64,000 nucleotides of DNA, taken from assembly GCA_965248535.1 (NCBI GenBank), contig CBDFJR010000002.1, forward strand, positions 768,001 through 832,000. Reading direction: 5' to 3'. Each line of letters begins with the position of its first letter. Position 1 is the first letter of the stretch. The position numbers and the translations under genes are program-made. This DNA comes from Phormidesmis sp. GTDB lineage: Bacteria; Cyanobacteriota; Cyanobacteriia; Leptolyngbyales; Leptolyngbyaceae. Below, one piece after another: positions 20,792 to 30,415 of this stretch. The notes below the pieces were generated by a model. The model searched no databases, was not told the DNA's origin, and worked only from the letters and a program-made list of their open reading frames with translations.

Positions 20792-21694
20792 GTGTTTCGT
20801 TTTTTGACAAAGCTAGATTATTTGGGGCGAGAAACGCTGCTCGGTCTACGTCGCGGCGGTTGGATGAACTGGGCAGCCATTAGCACGGTGACGGTGCTGC
20901 TGTTTTTGTTTGGCATGGGCTTACAGGCTTCTTGGCAGCTAGAGGGCTTGCTAAATCAGGTGGGCAGTCAGCTAGAAGTTTCGGTCTATTTAGAAACCGG
21001 GGTCGATGGCGCAACGCTAAAACCCGTGGTGACCAAGTTTCCAGAGGCCGAGGCGGTGAAGAGCATTTCCAAAGAAGAGGCGTGGGCAACCTTGGTCAAA
21101 GAGTTGGGTGTGTCTGATCTCAAAGATGCCGATCGTCAGCTTGAGGGCAATCCATTAGTAGACGAACTCAAAGTCAGGGCTAAATCTTCGCAAGCGGTGC
21201 CCAGTTTGGCTAAAAAGCTAAAAGGCTTAGCCGGAGTAGAAGACGTGCAGTATGTAGACGAAGCGGTCAAGCGCATCGCTCAACTCAATCGCGGCTTAAG
21301 TTGGCTGAGTTTGATGATTACTGGATTGTTGACGCTGACAGCGATCGCCGTAATCAGCACCACTATCCGCTTAATTGTGATGGCTCGTCGTCACGAGATC
21401 GAGGTCATGCAGCTAGTCGGGGCTACCTCAAGCTGGATCTATCTGCCGTTTATCATCCAAGGTGTGGTGTTTGGGGTGGTGGGGGCCACGATCGCGTGGG
21501 GATTGATTCGAGCGGTCGAACAGTTTTTGAGAAACTTGCTGGCACAGCAGCCAGATTTTGTGCAATTGTTAGCAACGGATCTGTCTGTGCGCCCGATCGA
21601 TGCGCTAGCGCTGCCCCTGATCCTGTTGGGATTTGGTGGCTCTGTGGGTCTGCTGGGCAGTCTCTTCGCCGTTCGTCGCTTTGCAACTCGTTAA
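20792..21694 (+). CDS. ftsX: Cell-division permease-like protein FtsX
   Basis: Four-TM layout with a periplasmic loop, ARRHEIEVMQLVGA...IYLPF motif. Confidence 0.88.
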   Translation: MFRFLTKLDYLGRETLLGLRRGGWMNWAAISTVTVLLFLFGMGLQASWQLEGLLNQVGSQLEVSVYLETGVDGATLKPVVTKFPEAEAVKSISKEEAWATLVKELGVSDLKDADRQLEGNPLVDELKVRAKSSQAVPSLAKKLKGLAGVEDVQYVDEAVKRIAQLNRGLSWLSLMITGLLTLTAIAVISTTIRLIVMARRHEIEVMQLVGATSSWIYLPFIIQGVVFGVVGATIAWGLIRAVEQFLRNLLAQQPDFVQLLATDLSVRPIDALALPLILLGFGGSVGLLGSLFAVRRFATR

Positions 21695-21716
21695 TCTGCC
21701 ATTCACCCAATTCATC

Positions 21717-22526
21717 ATGACAAAATCCCAATGGGACTGTTTTTTAGAAAACTTAGGCGAGTGGCAAGGTTCGTTTACCCAATTCTCGCCGCGAGGAGAG
21801 CTTCTCAGCGATACGCCGTCTCTGTTATCGCTAGAAGGGATAGACAACAACCAGAACGTGCGTTTGACGCTGCGCCGTGAGGGAAAACCGGATCTAGTCA
21901 GTGAGTATTCGACGATCGGGGGCGGGCTAAGGTTTTTTGAAAATGGGGCGTTTTCTCAAGGGGCGATGCAGTTTGCGCCCTATACCCAGTTTGGGGCAGA
22001 GTTAGCTTTGCTGCATAGCGATCGTCGCCTACGTCTAGTGCAGTTGTTTGACAGACGGAGTCAGCTTGAGCAGTTAACCCTGATTAGAGAGCAGAGAGTC
22101 GGAACCAGTGCGCCAGAGCGGCCACCCTTGACGGTGGAGGATTTGATCGGTGAGTGGAGCGGCGAAGCAGTGACGATTTACCCTGACTGGCGATCGCCCG
22201 ACTCCTATCTAACCTCCTTAAAGCTGCACCGTGAAGGACACGATCGTCTGGTGCAAACGTTGACGATCGGGGCAGAAAAACCCTTCACTTCGACCGCAAC
22301 GATCCAGGGTTCGGTGCTGTGGTTTGAGGGCGTGCAGGTGCTGTTGTTGCCCGATGGGGGTTCTTCGACGTGCCCGGTGAAAATTAAATTGGGTCAGCCA
22401 TTGTTTTTAGAAGTGGGCTGGTTGCTTCGGCCCGATCTGCGTCAGCGCTTGATTCGTCGCTATAACGCTAAAGGAGAATGGGTGAGTTTAACGATCGTGA
22501 CCGAACGGAAAACTGCGTTCGATTAA
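21717..22526 (+). CDS. DUF3598 family protein
   Basis: SQWDCFLENLGEWQGSF N-terminus and RQRLIRRYNAKGEW C-terminus. The ATG at 21717 avoids overlap with ftsX. Confidence 0.8.
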   Translation: MTKSQWDCFLENLGEWQGSFTQFSPRGELLSDTPSLLSLEGIDNNQNVRLTLRREGKPDLVSEYSTIGGGLRFFENGAFSQGAMQFAPYTQFGAELALLHSDRRLRLVQLFDRRSQLEQLTLIREQRVGTSAPERPPLTVEDLIGEWSGEAVTIYPDWRSPDSYLTSLKLHREGHDRLVQTLTIGAEKPFTSTATIQGSVLWFEGVQVLLLPDGGSSTCPVKIKLGQPLFLEVGWLLRPDLRQRLIRRYNAKGEWVSLTIVTERKTAFD

Positions 22527-22679
22527 ATTCACCTACACGAATGTCGTTATTTCATCATCGGTGAATCTCTGGCTCAACGGTTGTTGCTAGTGGTTTATTT
22601 AAAACGAAGTGCAAGAACCCGCATTAATTCTGCCCGTCCTGCAACCCGTGCTGAGAGAAAACTCTATGAGCAACCCTGA
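22527..22679 (+). pseudogene. 5'-truncated BrnT-type toxin remnant
   Basis: Frame translates to ...ECRYFIIGESLAQRLLLVVYLKRSARTRINSARPATRAERKLYEQP*, matching the BrnT C-terminal pattern (R-I-I-S-A-R-x-A-T-x-x-E-R-x-x-Y). It has no start codon and overlaps the next ATG. Confidence 0.7.
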
Positions 22680-22962
22680 ACAAAATCTCAACTCGCGTCT
22701 TCATCCCCGTCAGACAGAAGCCGTTTCGATACAAGTTCCAGTTGACACTTTAGAATCTCTCAAAAAAATTGCAGATAGTCGAGAGATGACTCTAGAAGTG
22801 CTATTGAGCCTCTATATTGGGCGAGGGCTGCGGCAAGATTTGTCTAAACTTTTTTCTGAGCGGGTGTTAGAAACAACGGCTCAGGTATTAGTAAGACATC
22901 TGCAATCGGAAGAAGAAATCTCAAAAATTTTACAAGAGATTCAGGCTGAGACAACTCGGTGA
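22666..22962 (+). CDS. Putative ribbon-helix-helix antitoxin (BrnT partner)
   Basis: 98 aa, 'VSIQVPVDTLESLKKIADSREMT..LL..YI' RHH-like pattern, overlapping the toxin remnant. Confidence 0.65.
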   Translation: MSNPEQNLNSRLHPRQTEAVSIQVPVDTLESLKKIADSREMTLEVLLSLYIGRGLRQDLSKLFSERVLETTAQVLVRHLQSEEEISKILQEIQAETTR

Positions 22963-23027
22963 ATTATCTAGTGTTGTCTATAGATTTAAGGATTTGTAAG
23001 GGCAGAAAACGCCCCTACTTCTACGCT

Positions 23028-23390
23028 TTAACGAATCGCGCCATTATAGAGAACGATCGTCTTAAAATCGGCTTTGTCTACTCGCACGTCGCTCTCCACA
23101 AAGGGAACATCAGAGCCAGGAGCGCTGCCTTTAAAGGTAAACAGCCAAAAATCACCTTTGTCTACATAGGGAGATTGAGCCGCAAACCCGTGCATCGATC
23201 GCTCGGCTCGATAAACGCCAAGCCCACCATTTGCCGCCTCACCCGCTTGACGCGCTAGATTTTTAGCACGGCTGAGAGCCTCAATTTCTTTGACTTTTGT
23301 CTGAACGATGGGATCGGTAAATTGAGCACGAGCGATCGGGCTGATCACAAACGGAAACACCAGCAGCGTTAGCACTATGAGATATCGCAT
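23028..23390 (-). CDS. Exported hypothetical protein
   Basis: Signal peptide (ARA-Q), RAKNLARQAGEAANGGLGVYRAE motif. Confidence 0.65.
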   Translation of the reverse strand: MRYLIVLTLLVFPFVISPIARAQFTDPIVQTKVKEIEALSRAKNLARQAGEAANGGLGVYRAERSMHGFAAQSPYVDKGDFWLFTFKGSAPGSDVPFVESDVRVDKADFKTIVLYNGAIR

Positions 23391-23463
23391 GATCAAAAGC
23401 TCCACAGAATTGTTCTAATTTTATTTCTCGAATTGTTAAAAGATGAATCGTTGCCATTTTTGT

Positions 23464-24234
23464 CTAGACGCAATCGAGTCGGGGCAAGTTGCCAAAACTT
23501 ATCGATTGAATTTGATCATAACGATCGACGATCACATCCGCATTCGCCAATTGATGAGGCTGGGTGCCTCCCCAAGTCACCCCGACGCTGGCGATCGCGC
23601 CGCCTCTGTGCGCCAGTTCAATATCTGCGCCCGAATCTCCGATCACTAGAGTGGTCGCCGGAGCCACGTTTAAAGCTTGGCACGCCAAATGCAGCAGTCG
23701 GGGGTCGGGTTTGCTCAACCCATCTGGGCAGCCCATCTGCAACTGAAAATAAGCACCGAGATCGTAGTGCCCGACAAACTCCTGCACGTTTTCTGGAGTG
23801 TCAGCCGAGAGAATACCGACCTTGAGATCAGCATCCGCTAAGGATTGGAGCAATGGCAACGCCTCGACAAAAAGCGGAGTCAGTTTGGCTTTTTGGGAAA
23901 GGGCACGATCGGCGTTGAGCAACGCGGTGTGCGCGATCGCTTTTGCCTCGATCCAGTCTCGCCCGGTAGCGGCAATGCAGGCGGCCGTTGCGATTTCATC
24001 TTCTTGACGAGTCGAGACAGCAATGAGTCCCACGGGGTTGACTCGCCCGTCTACTAGCCCAAAGGTTCTTAAAAGCGAGTCTCTCACGCCGGGCACTTGA
24101 GCCTCGACAAAGCCCGATCGTTGCAGTGCCAGAGCCACCAAAAAGTCATGAACATCGGCTAACGTTCCGTCTTTGTCGAAGAGAATTGCCTCGACGTTAT
24201 AGAACGTCTTGATACCACACTGAATCGTTGCCAT
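23464..24234 (-). CDS. HAD-superfamily hydrolase
   Basis: FDKDGT motif I, KPDP, GDSxxD. Confidence 0.9.
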   Translation of the reverse strand: MATIQCGIKTFYNVEAILFDKDGTLADVHDFLVALALQRSGFVEAQVPGVRDSLLRTFGLVDGRVNPVGLIAVSTRQEDEIATAACIAATGRDWIEAKAIAHTALLNADRALSQKAKLTPLFVEALPLLQSLADADLKVGILSADTPENVQEFVGHYDLGAYFQLQMGCPDGLSKPDPRLLHLACQALNVAPATTLVIGDSGADIELAHRGGAIASVGVTWGGTQPHQLANADVIVDRYDQIQSISFGNLPRLDCV

Positions 24235-24271
24235 GGGAGTTTCTAAAAGCCAATAAGAAATCTAAAAGCCA

Positions 24272-24300
24272 AAAAAAAAGAGGGATGTGACTCCCTCTCT
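24272..24300 (-). terminator. Intrinsic terminator of rps1
   Basis: Minus strand reads AGAGGGA-GTCACA-TCCCTCT followed by a T-run. Confidence 0.8.
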
Positions 24301-24324
24301 GGTGACTTAAAAATGGTGCGGCAG

Positions 24325-25428
24325 TTAGTCGTCGATCGCCGGAACCAAGTCTTCAATGGCTTCAGCCTCCGCCTCAACCGGATCAAGAACTTCAACAAGA
24401 TCAGACGCTTCAACAAGATCAGGCACTTCAACAAGATCAGGAGGAATTTCTGCCTCTTCTTGAGCCGAAGGAATGTCTTCTTCAGCCACAGCCACCTCTT
24501 CAGCGACGGCCGCCGGAGCGCCACCCTGCTGATTGATCTGCATTTGTTCACGATATTTAGCTGCCATTTCCTCAGCTTTTTCGTAAACCACGTCAGGGTT
24601 TTTCACCATGTCGCCGGGTTCTGGCTCTAGCTGCTTAGTAGACAGCGAGATTCGACCGCGCTCGGCATCAAGGTCAATGATCATCACCTTCACTTCGTCA
24701 TTGACGTTAAAGACGCTGTGAGGCGTGTCAATATGATCGTGAGAAATTTCTGAAATGTGCAGCAGACCGCTCACGCCGCCGATGTCGATAAACGCGCCAT
24801 AGGGCTTGATGCCGCGCACTGTGCCGATGACAACTTCGCCCACTTCGAGACGGTTCATCTTGCGCTCAACCAAGGCACGACGATGACTGAGCACCAGACG
24901 GTTCCGCTCTTCGTCTACTTCTAAAAACTTGAGAGGCAACTCTTCGCCCACCAATTCTTCTTTGGGCTTGCGAGTGCTGATGTGAGAGCCGGGAATAAAC
25001 CCGCGTAGTCCTTCGATTCGCACCAGGGCACCGCCTCGGTTGGTGGCAAACACCAGCGATCGCACCGTGGCATCTTCGGCTTGAAGTTGCCGAACTCGCT
25101 CCCAGGCGCGCATATACTCAATGCGGCGGATAGAAAGGGTTAACTGCCCGTCTTCATTTTCATCTGCCAAAATGAAGAATTCGCGAGTTTCGTTAGACTG
25201 CAACACTTCTTCGGGGCTGTCAATGCGGTTGATTGACATTTCCTGAATGGGAATGTAGGCAGCAGTTTTGGCACCGATGTCAATCAGTGCACCTCTTGGC
25301 TCTAGACTAAATACGGTTCCGGCGACGACATCACCAGGGCTGAAGTGATAATCGTATTTGTCGAGCAGCGCTGCAAAATCTTCGTGAGTAAAGCCGACAT
25401 CAATAGTTAAAGTGTTCTGATTGACCAT
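24325..25428 (-). CDS. rps1: 30S ribosomal protein S1 (cyanobacterial type, three S1 domains)
   Basis: FAALLDKYDYHFSPGD, KPYGAFIDIGGVSGLLHISEIS, acidic tail. Confidence 0.97.
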   Translation of the reverse strand: MVNQNTLTIDVGFTHEDFAALLDKYDYHFSPGDVVAGTVFSLEPRGALIDIGAKTAAYIPIQEMSINRIDSPEEVLQSNETREFFILADENEDGQLTLSIRRIEYMRAWERVRQLQAEDATVRSLVFATNRGGALVRIEGLRGFIPGSHISTRKPKEELVGEELPLKFLEVDEERNRLVLSHRRALVERKMNRLEVGEVVIGTVRGIKPYGAFIDIGGVSGLLHISEISHDHIDTPHSVFNVNDEVKVMIIDLDAERGRISLSTKQLEPEPGDMVKNPDVVYEKAEEMAAKYREQMQINQQGGAPAAVAEEVAVAEEDIPSAQEEAEIPPDLVEVPDLVEASDLVEVLDPVEAEAEAIEDLVPAIDD

Positions 25429-25469
25429 GCTGATAGTTTCCCAGTGGTATCTCCGTAAGGGTTCGCCTC

Positions 25470-25515
25470 CTGTCGATGCGTATGCACAGAATGTTTGTGT
25501 GCAGCCTACACCTTC
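25470..25515 (-). ncRNA. Candidate cis-regulatory leader hairpin upstream of rps1 (cyano-S1/cyano-30S-like position)
   Basis: Minus strand GGTGTAGGCTGCACA...TGTGCATACGCATC can pair into a stem 40-90 nt upstream of the ATG. Family identity was not verified. Confidence 0.45.
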
Positions 25516-25670
25516 ACCTCTTTCCTATTGTAAGAGATTTGCTTTGGACAGACTAAGAGTTTAGAAGCATTATCATAACGCAACCCGGCTCCCTCTTCAC
25601 ACTTGAATATTTCTGAAGGAGGCTACTTTTTGGCAGACTTTTTGGGCTAGCCCTCAGTGAGACAGGCGAT

Positions 25671-26699
25671 TTACGCTGAATTGGGGCGGGCCGGATCGGG
25701 GGATCGATCGGAAAAGCGATCGAGATAGCGTCTCAGCTCAAAAAATTTCAGCAGGGATGCTAATGGCGTGGTCTCAGCCGTGGGGGTGGTCGTGGCGATC
25801 GTGTCAACCGTCGCTGGAGTTAGATAGCGAAACACCTCATGGGTCAGGGTTGAGCGCACCGCTTCGGGCAGCCCTTGAAGCTCAATCTTGAGTCTGGCAA
25901 GCCGACTTTTGGCGAAGGCTACCTGAAAGCGAGACCGCTTGAGGAGGCGCTGTTGAATCGCATGGTAGAGGGGATCGTCCGATGTAAGTTGATCGAGGCT
26001 GCCGTCTAAAAGATGGGGAATCACGTCTAGATTTTCTTCCAAAAATAACAGACTGCCCTCCTGGTTATAGCTATCGAGTCCGTCAATGCCTAAGGCCCCA
26101 ATATCCGCCAAGGCTAGAATTTGCGCGACGATCGCGACAGGCGGCTTAGAGTGGTATAAATTAGCCTGATAGATGGCTTGCTCGGTTGGATCGTAGGTGC
26201 AGATCGTGGACTCGATCGCAGCTTGAATGGTAGCAATATCGTCATCGGTGACGATGGCCAGACTGTTAGGGTCACGGGTTCGCAATTGCTGATTTAAAGC
26301 GTGAACATAACTGAGCAGTCGATCGAGGGTTGCCCGCTCGCTCACCCCTGATTCTCGCCGCCGCGAGGCAGACTGGTTAGGTTGATCCACAAATATCTGA
26401 ATCATGTCATGAGCCGCCACACACAGATCAAGCAGCAACTCGGTTCGAGGCAGGTCAAAGGCTGGCCCCGATCGCCCCTCTAAATAGGGATAGACGACCT
26501 GAGAAATCTGGGTAGCTCGCCGTCTGACTGTTTTTAAATGATCACGGGTGTGATAATAAAGCTGCTTTTCCACAACTTCGCGATCAAATTCCTGCAATGC
26601 AAACGCTTTAATCTGAGCAATGCTCTCGTCAATGCTTTGAGGAATCTCTAACCAACAGTCTGGAGAATAAACAGACGATCGTAAAGAATTTTGATTCAT
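25671..26699 (-). CDS. HD-fold metal-dependent phosphohydrolase-like hypothetical protein
   Basis: YYH...H, AAHD and LADI motifs in HD order. Confidence 0.6.
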   Translation of the reverse strand: MNQNSLRSSVYSPDCWLEIPQSIDESIAQIKAFALQEFDREVVEKQLYYHTRDHLKTVRRRATQISQVVYPYLEGRSGPAFDLPRTELLLDLCVAAHDMIQIFVDQPNQSASRRRESGVSERATLDRLLSYVHALNQQLRTRDPNSLAIVTDDDIATIQAAIESTICTYDPTEQAIYQANLYHSKPPVAIVAQILALADIGALGIDGLDSYNQEGSLLFLEENLDVIPHLLDGSLDQLTSDDPLYHAIQQRLLKRSRFQVAFAKSRLARLKIELQGLPEAVRSTLTHEVFRYLTPATVDTIATTTPTAETTPLASLLKFFELRRYLDRFSDRSPDPARPNSA

Positions 26700-26856
26700 G
26701 AACGCGTATGCTGCTGATGGCAGGCGAGAAGTGCTGCTATCAGACTGACATCCTCAATTGTCTCCTGAGGAATGGAAGAGATTGCCTACCTTGAGACAGA
26801 ATTCGTGGCGATCGATCGGGCTTAGGAAGCTTTTCAAGACTGGGGCAAGCCGTCGG

Positions 26857-28182
26857 TTAGTTACGATCGACCCTATCTAAACGCGCTAGCGCCTGGACTG
26901 TCTCAAGCTCAGAGTCAGAACCCCGTTGGCGCACAGAATAAAAATTGTCGAGATCCAAAAGCGTGTGAAGCAGTGTGTTTGCCCCCTGGGTGCACTGTTC
27001 TGGCGAGGTGTATTCTGCTTCTGAATGGCTCACTCCTGCCCGACTCGGCACAAAAATCATCCCCATATCGGTGATCCGGCCAATTTCTAGAGCGTCGTGA
27101 CCTGCTCGACTGGGCAGATGATGGTAGCTCAACCCCAAACGCTGACAGACAGATGCGATCGTGGTTTGCAGGTGATCTGCGGCAGGGGTTGGCTCGACGC
27201 ACAAGAGCGGTGCCATCTTGATCTGAGTGTGGGTGTCAGCCGCAATAAACTTCAAGTCTTCTTTGAGTTGCTCTACCATGTCATCTAGACACGCTTTTGA
27301 GAGGTCGCGCATATCTACAGTCAGGTCTACGTTGCCCGCCACACTGTTGACTGAGTTAGGTGAAACGGTTAGATATCCCACCGTTGCGACGGGATTGCTG
27401 GGCATTCTTCGAGCCAGATTTCGCACCGTGAGAATCACTTGAGCCGCCGCTACTAGGGCATCTTGCCGCCCGTCCATGGGGGTTGTTCCAGCATGGTTCT
27501 CTTGTCCAACAATGGTGATCACTTTACGTCGAATTCCAACAACCCCTTGAACAATGCCAATCTGATTTGCAGTTTTTTCTAAGACGGCCCCTTGCTCTAC
27601 GTGAAGCTCGATAAATGCAGCTAGGTCTGAGGAGTTTCGTTTTGCCGTTGCTAGTTCGTCCCAGTTTCCTCCAATGATTTCCAGGCAGTCTTGAATCGAG
27701 TCTCCGGGTTTGGGCTGGTAGCGATCGGGCGAGTTGAGGAGCGCTGTGCCTGCGATCGCTTGACTGCCAATCATGGTGCTTTCTTCATCGGTGAACACGA
27801 TCACCTCGATCGGATGGTTGAGTCGCAGATTGTTTTCTCGCAGGGTTCTCACGACTTCAATGCCTGCTACGACTCCCAGGGCCCCATCAAACCGCCCCCC
27901 AGTTGGAACAGTGTCAAGATGCGATCCGGTGGCTAAGGCTGGCGCGCCTGCAATGGTTCCGGCATAGGTGCCCATCAAGTTTCCGGCTGCATCCGTGCGG
28001 ACTGTCATGCCTGATTCTGCCATCCACTGCTGCACCAGATAGCGAGCTTGCAAATCTTCGGGTGTGAAGGCAAGGCGGCGAATGCAGCCAGAGGGTTGGT
28101 GGCCTATTTTGGCGAGGCGGTTGATGTGATGGTTGAGGCGATCGCCATTCACCGTCAAGATCGAAGTCACTGTCATTGTCAT
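26857..28182 (-). CDS. M20-family Zn amidohydrolase (allantoate amidohydrolase / N-carbamoylase type)
   Basis: GSHLDTV, GRFDGALG, DEE, ELHVEQG, HAGTTPM, AGHDA, SH motifs. Confidence 0.92.
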   Translation of the reverse strand: MTMTVTSILTVNGDRLNHHINRLAKIGHQPSGCIRRLAFTPEDLQARYLVQQWMAESGMTVRTDAAGNLMGTYAGTIAGAPALATGSHLDTVPTGGRFDGALGVVAGIEVVRTLRENNLRLNHPIEVIVFTDEESTMIGSQAIAGTALLNSPDRYQPKPGDSIQDCLEIIGGNWDELATAKRNSSDLAAFIELHVEQGAVLEKTANQIGIVQGVVGIRRKVITIVGQENHAGTTPMDGRQDALVAAAQVILTVRNLARRMPSNPVATVGYLTVSPNSVNSVAGNVDLTVDMRDLSKACLDDMVEQLKEDLKFIAADTHTQIKMAPLLCVEPTPAADHLQTTIASVCQRLGLSYHHLPSRAGHDALEIGRITDMGMIFVPSRAGVSHSEAEYTSPEQCTQGANTLLHTLLDLDNFYSVRQRGSDSELETVQALARLDRVDRN

Positions 28183-28204
28183 GTCCTTGATTTAATTCCT
28201 GTAA

Positions 28205-28918
28205 TTAATGAAAGAGAACTGAATGAGATTGCGAAGTTGGATAGGCTAAATCACCTACTTTGCTGGTTCCAAGTCTTAGCCCTACTAGGGCCTCTACGAA
28301 TTTGACGGCGGCGCTGACTCCATCAATCACCGGAATTCCCAATTCTTGACTTAGTTGGGAGGGTAGATCTGCCATGCCGCCACAGCCCAGCACGATCGCG
28401 CCACAGTGATCTTCTTTGAGCGCCAGACGGCATTCTTGTAAAATTGCAGTTCTCGCCTGGGGCGTTTCTAAACTCAAAACGGGTAGGTCGATCGCTCGCA
28501 CCTTGTGACAAAATCGCGTCATTCCATAGGTGTCAACCAGATGTTGAGCCATGACCCGTGTGCGCCCTAGCGTGGTGACAATCGAGAACCCAGTGGCGAT
28601 AAAACTGGCAGCGTGCATAGCGGCTTCGGCAATGCCTAACACGGGGCCCTTGGCCAACTCCCGCGCTGCTAGCAGCCCCGGATCGCCAAAGCAGGCAATC
28701 ACATATCCATCGATTGCCTCGGCTTCTCCTTTGCGAATCTCTTCTAAAACCCCAACGACACTTAACGCTTCGTCATAATGTCCCTCGATCGCGGCAGGGC
28801 CCGAGACTGGATTGCAGGCCACGATCGCCGTTCCAGGGCTGGCAGCCAATTTTGCGGCAGCCCCGATTTTCTCAGTCATGCGGGCAGTGGTGTTGGGGTT
28901 GATGACTTTGATTTTCAT
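28205..28918 (-). CDS. Hydantoin/allantoin racemase (Asp/Glu racemase family)
   Basis: INPNTT..MT, IACFGDPG, LGCGGM and IDGV motifs with both catalytic Cys. Confidence 0.9.
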   Translation of the reverse strand: MKIKVINPNTTARMTEKIGAAAKLAASPGTAIVACNPVSGPAAIEGHYDEALSVVGVLEEIRKGEAEAIDGYVIACFGDPGLLAARELAKGPVLGIAEAAMHAASFIATGFSIVTTLGRTRVMAQHLVDTYGMTRFCHKVRAIDLPVLSLETPQARTAILQECRLALKEDHCGAIVLGCGGMADLPSQLSQELGIPVIDGVSAAVKFVEALVGLRLGTSKVGDLAYPTSQSHSVLFH

Positions 28919-29001
28919 AGAAATGGGTGAACTCTCAAGCAGCAATCACTGACGATGATCTCTGCGATCGAGGGCTGGGAGTGCCTGACTTTTATTTGTG
29001 T

Positions 29002-29039
29002 ATGTATACATTTATAGCATACAAATTTTGTATACAATC
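29002..29039. promoter_or_regulatory. Putative GntR operator upstream of the racemase operon
   Basis: Palindromes ATGTATACAT (29002-29011) and TTGTATACAA (29028-29037). Confidence 0.7.
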
Positions 29040-29150
29040 CTCAAGCAATCGAACCACGACTCAACCTACGAGGCACTAGAGGGTTAGGGTCGGACTAACG
29101 GCGGATCACTATTTCTCGATTTGGAGTGCTATTTTGATCATCACTCCGAC

Positions 29151-29888
29151 TTACGAGAGAGAGGGAATTCTCGCGTTTAGGAGATCCACCAAACTGGTGG
29201 GCTTTTTAAGGGAAGCACGAGCGTTTAAGGCTTTCTCGATGCCATCTAAATGGCGCATCGCGGCGGCAACTGCGGCTTCTTCATTGCCCGATGCAATGTA
29301 GTCTAAGATTTCACTGTGTTCATCTTTGGTGCAGATGGGCATATTGCTGACTTCATAGAAAAATGCCAGGGACGTTTGGGGCACTAATTCTTTTAAAAAC
29401 CTGCCGAGAAATTTATTCCGACCCAGATCGGCAAGCTGCATGTGGAATTGAGCCGATAGCCGCGTCAACCGAGGCATATCTTGCGCTTCACAGGCTTGGC
29501 GTTCTTCGGTAACCAGTTTTCTGAGCGCAGCAATTTGTTTGCGGGTGATGGTTTTGGTAACATCTCGAACGATCGCCGCTTCGGTTAACCGCCACGCCTC
29601 ATAAATTTGCTTAGACTCTTCTAGCGAAAGGCTAGACACAAAAGCTCCCCGATTGGGTTCTAGCTTGACTAAGCGATCGTGAGACAACCGTTGCAGCACC
29701 TGCCGAACAATGGTGCGGCTCACGCCATAGTGCTCTGCCAAAAGACTCTCGCCTAGCTTTGTTTCTGGCGGCAGTCTGCGCTCTAAGATCGAGCTATAAA
29801 GCTCTGCGTAAATAACCTCTTCGGTCGGCTTTGACTTGGGTTGAGTCGGCAACTGTGCATCGGGCATAGATGAGTTGAGCTTTGGCAA
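29151..29888 (-). CDS. GntR (FadR/FCD) transcriptional regulator
   Basis: LAEHYGVSRTIVR wHTH, PNRGAFV, FH...EH...H FCD motif. The start may be ATG 29867. Confidence 0.92.
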   Translation of the reverse strand: MPKLNSSMPDAQLPTQPKSKPTEEVIYAELYSSILERRLPPETKLGESLLAEHYGVSRTIVRQVLQRLSHDRLVKLEPNRGAFVSSLSLEESKQIYEAWRLTEAAIVRDVTKTITRKQIAALRKLVTEERQACEAQDMPRLTRLSAQFHMQLADLGRNKFLGRFLKELVPQTSLAFFYEVSNMPICTKDEHSEILDYIASGNEEAAVAAAMRHLDGIEKALNARASLKKPTSLVDLLNARIPSLS

Positions 29889-30153
29889 AGAGTTTATAAA
29901 TCACAGAACGAATTAGCAGAAGATGATCACCCATCTTTGCTCCCCATCGCTATATTAACTGTCGAAACCGCCCAAGGGTGATCCTCCCGTTTTGGAGTTG
30001 CCCGATCGCGTTCTAAGGTTGCAATCAATGGCTAATCGCCTGAGAAGATTTTGCGGAGAGCGATCGCATCTAGCTCGATCGCCTTCAGAATCTCCACGCC
30101 CTTGAGCAAAATTGCTGAATGTATCGCAAAACACTTTTTTGAACTTGAAAATC

Positions 30154-30176
30154 GCGTACAAAATTTGTATACAATC
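30154..30176. promoter_or_regulatory. Second putative GntR operator in the divergent gntR/ABC promoter region
   Basis: GCGTACAAAATTTGTATACAATC matches 29017-29039 at 21 of 23 positions. Confidence 0.72.
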
Positions 30177-30415
30177 TTCGTCTACAATTCAGTTTGCAAA
30201 GATTGTATCGAGAATGCCAGTTTTACAACTTCATTGGGTCTAATAGTTGACTAGTCATTGACGAAAAATTCTCCAGACGTTCGCTGCCTCCCTCAGCAGC
30301 AGTTCTTTAACAGACCCTGATCAGGGGTTCTCACCCTAGAGCATCCCTTGTCCAGATCTTCACTGAGTTCATCAGGTTTCATCACGACATCCATTTTTTC
30401 TATGTAGGAGCAATT

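Noticed and set aside
23410..23419. Lone GTTCTAATTT half-site
   Set aside because: It is a single imperfect half-site with no partner, outside the cluster, and likely chance.
28990..30210. NtcA sites upstream of the nitrogen-scavenging genes
   Set aside because: The GTA/TAC triplets I checked do not have the N8 spacing, and they fit the TGTATACA palindrome instead.
30240..30415. Riboswitch (guanidine or purine) in the ABC operon leader
   Set aside because: I could not find the conserved core sequences by eye, and GntR operators already explain the regulation. An Rfam scan would settle it.
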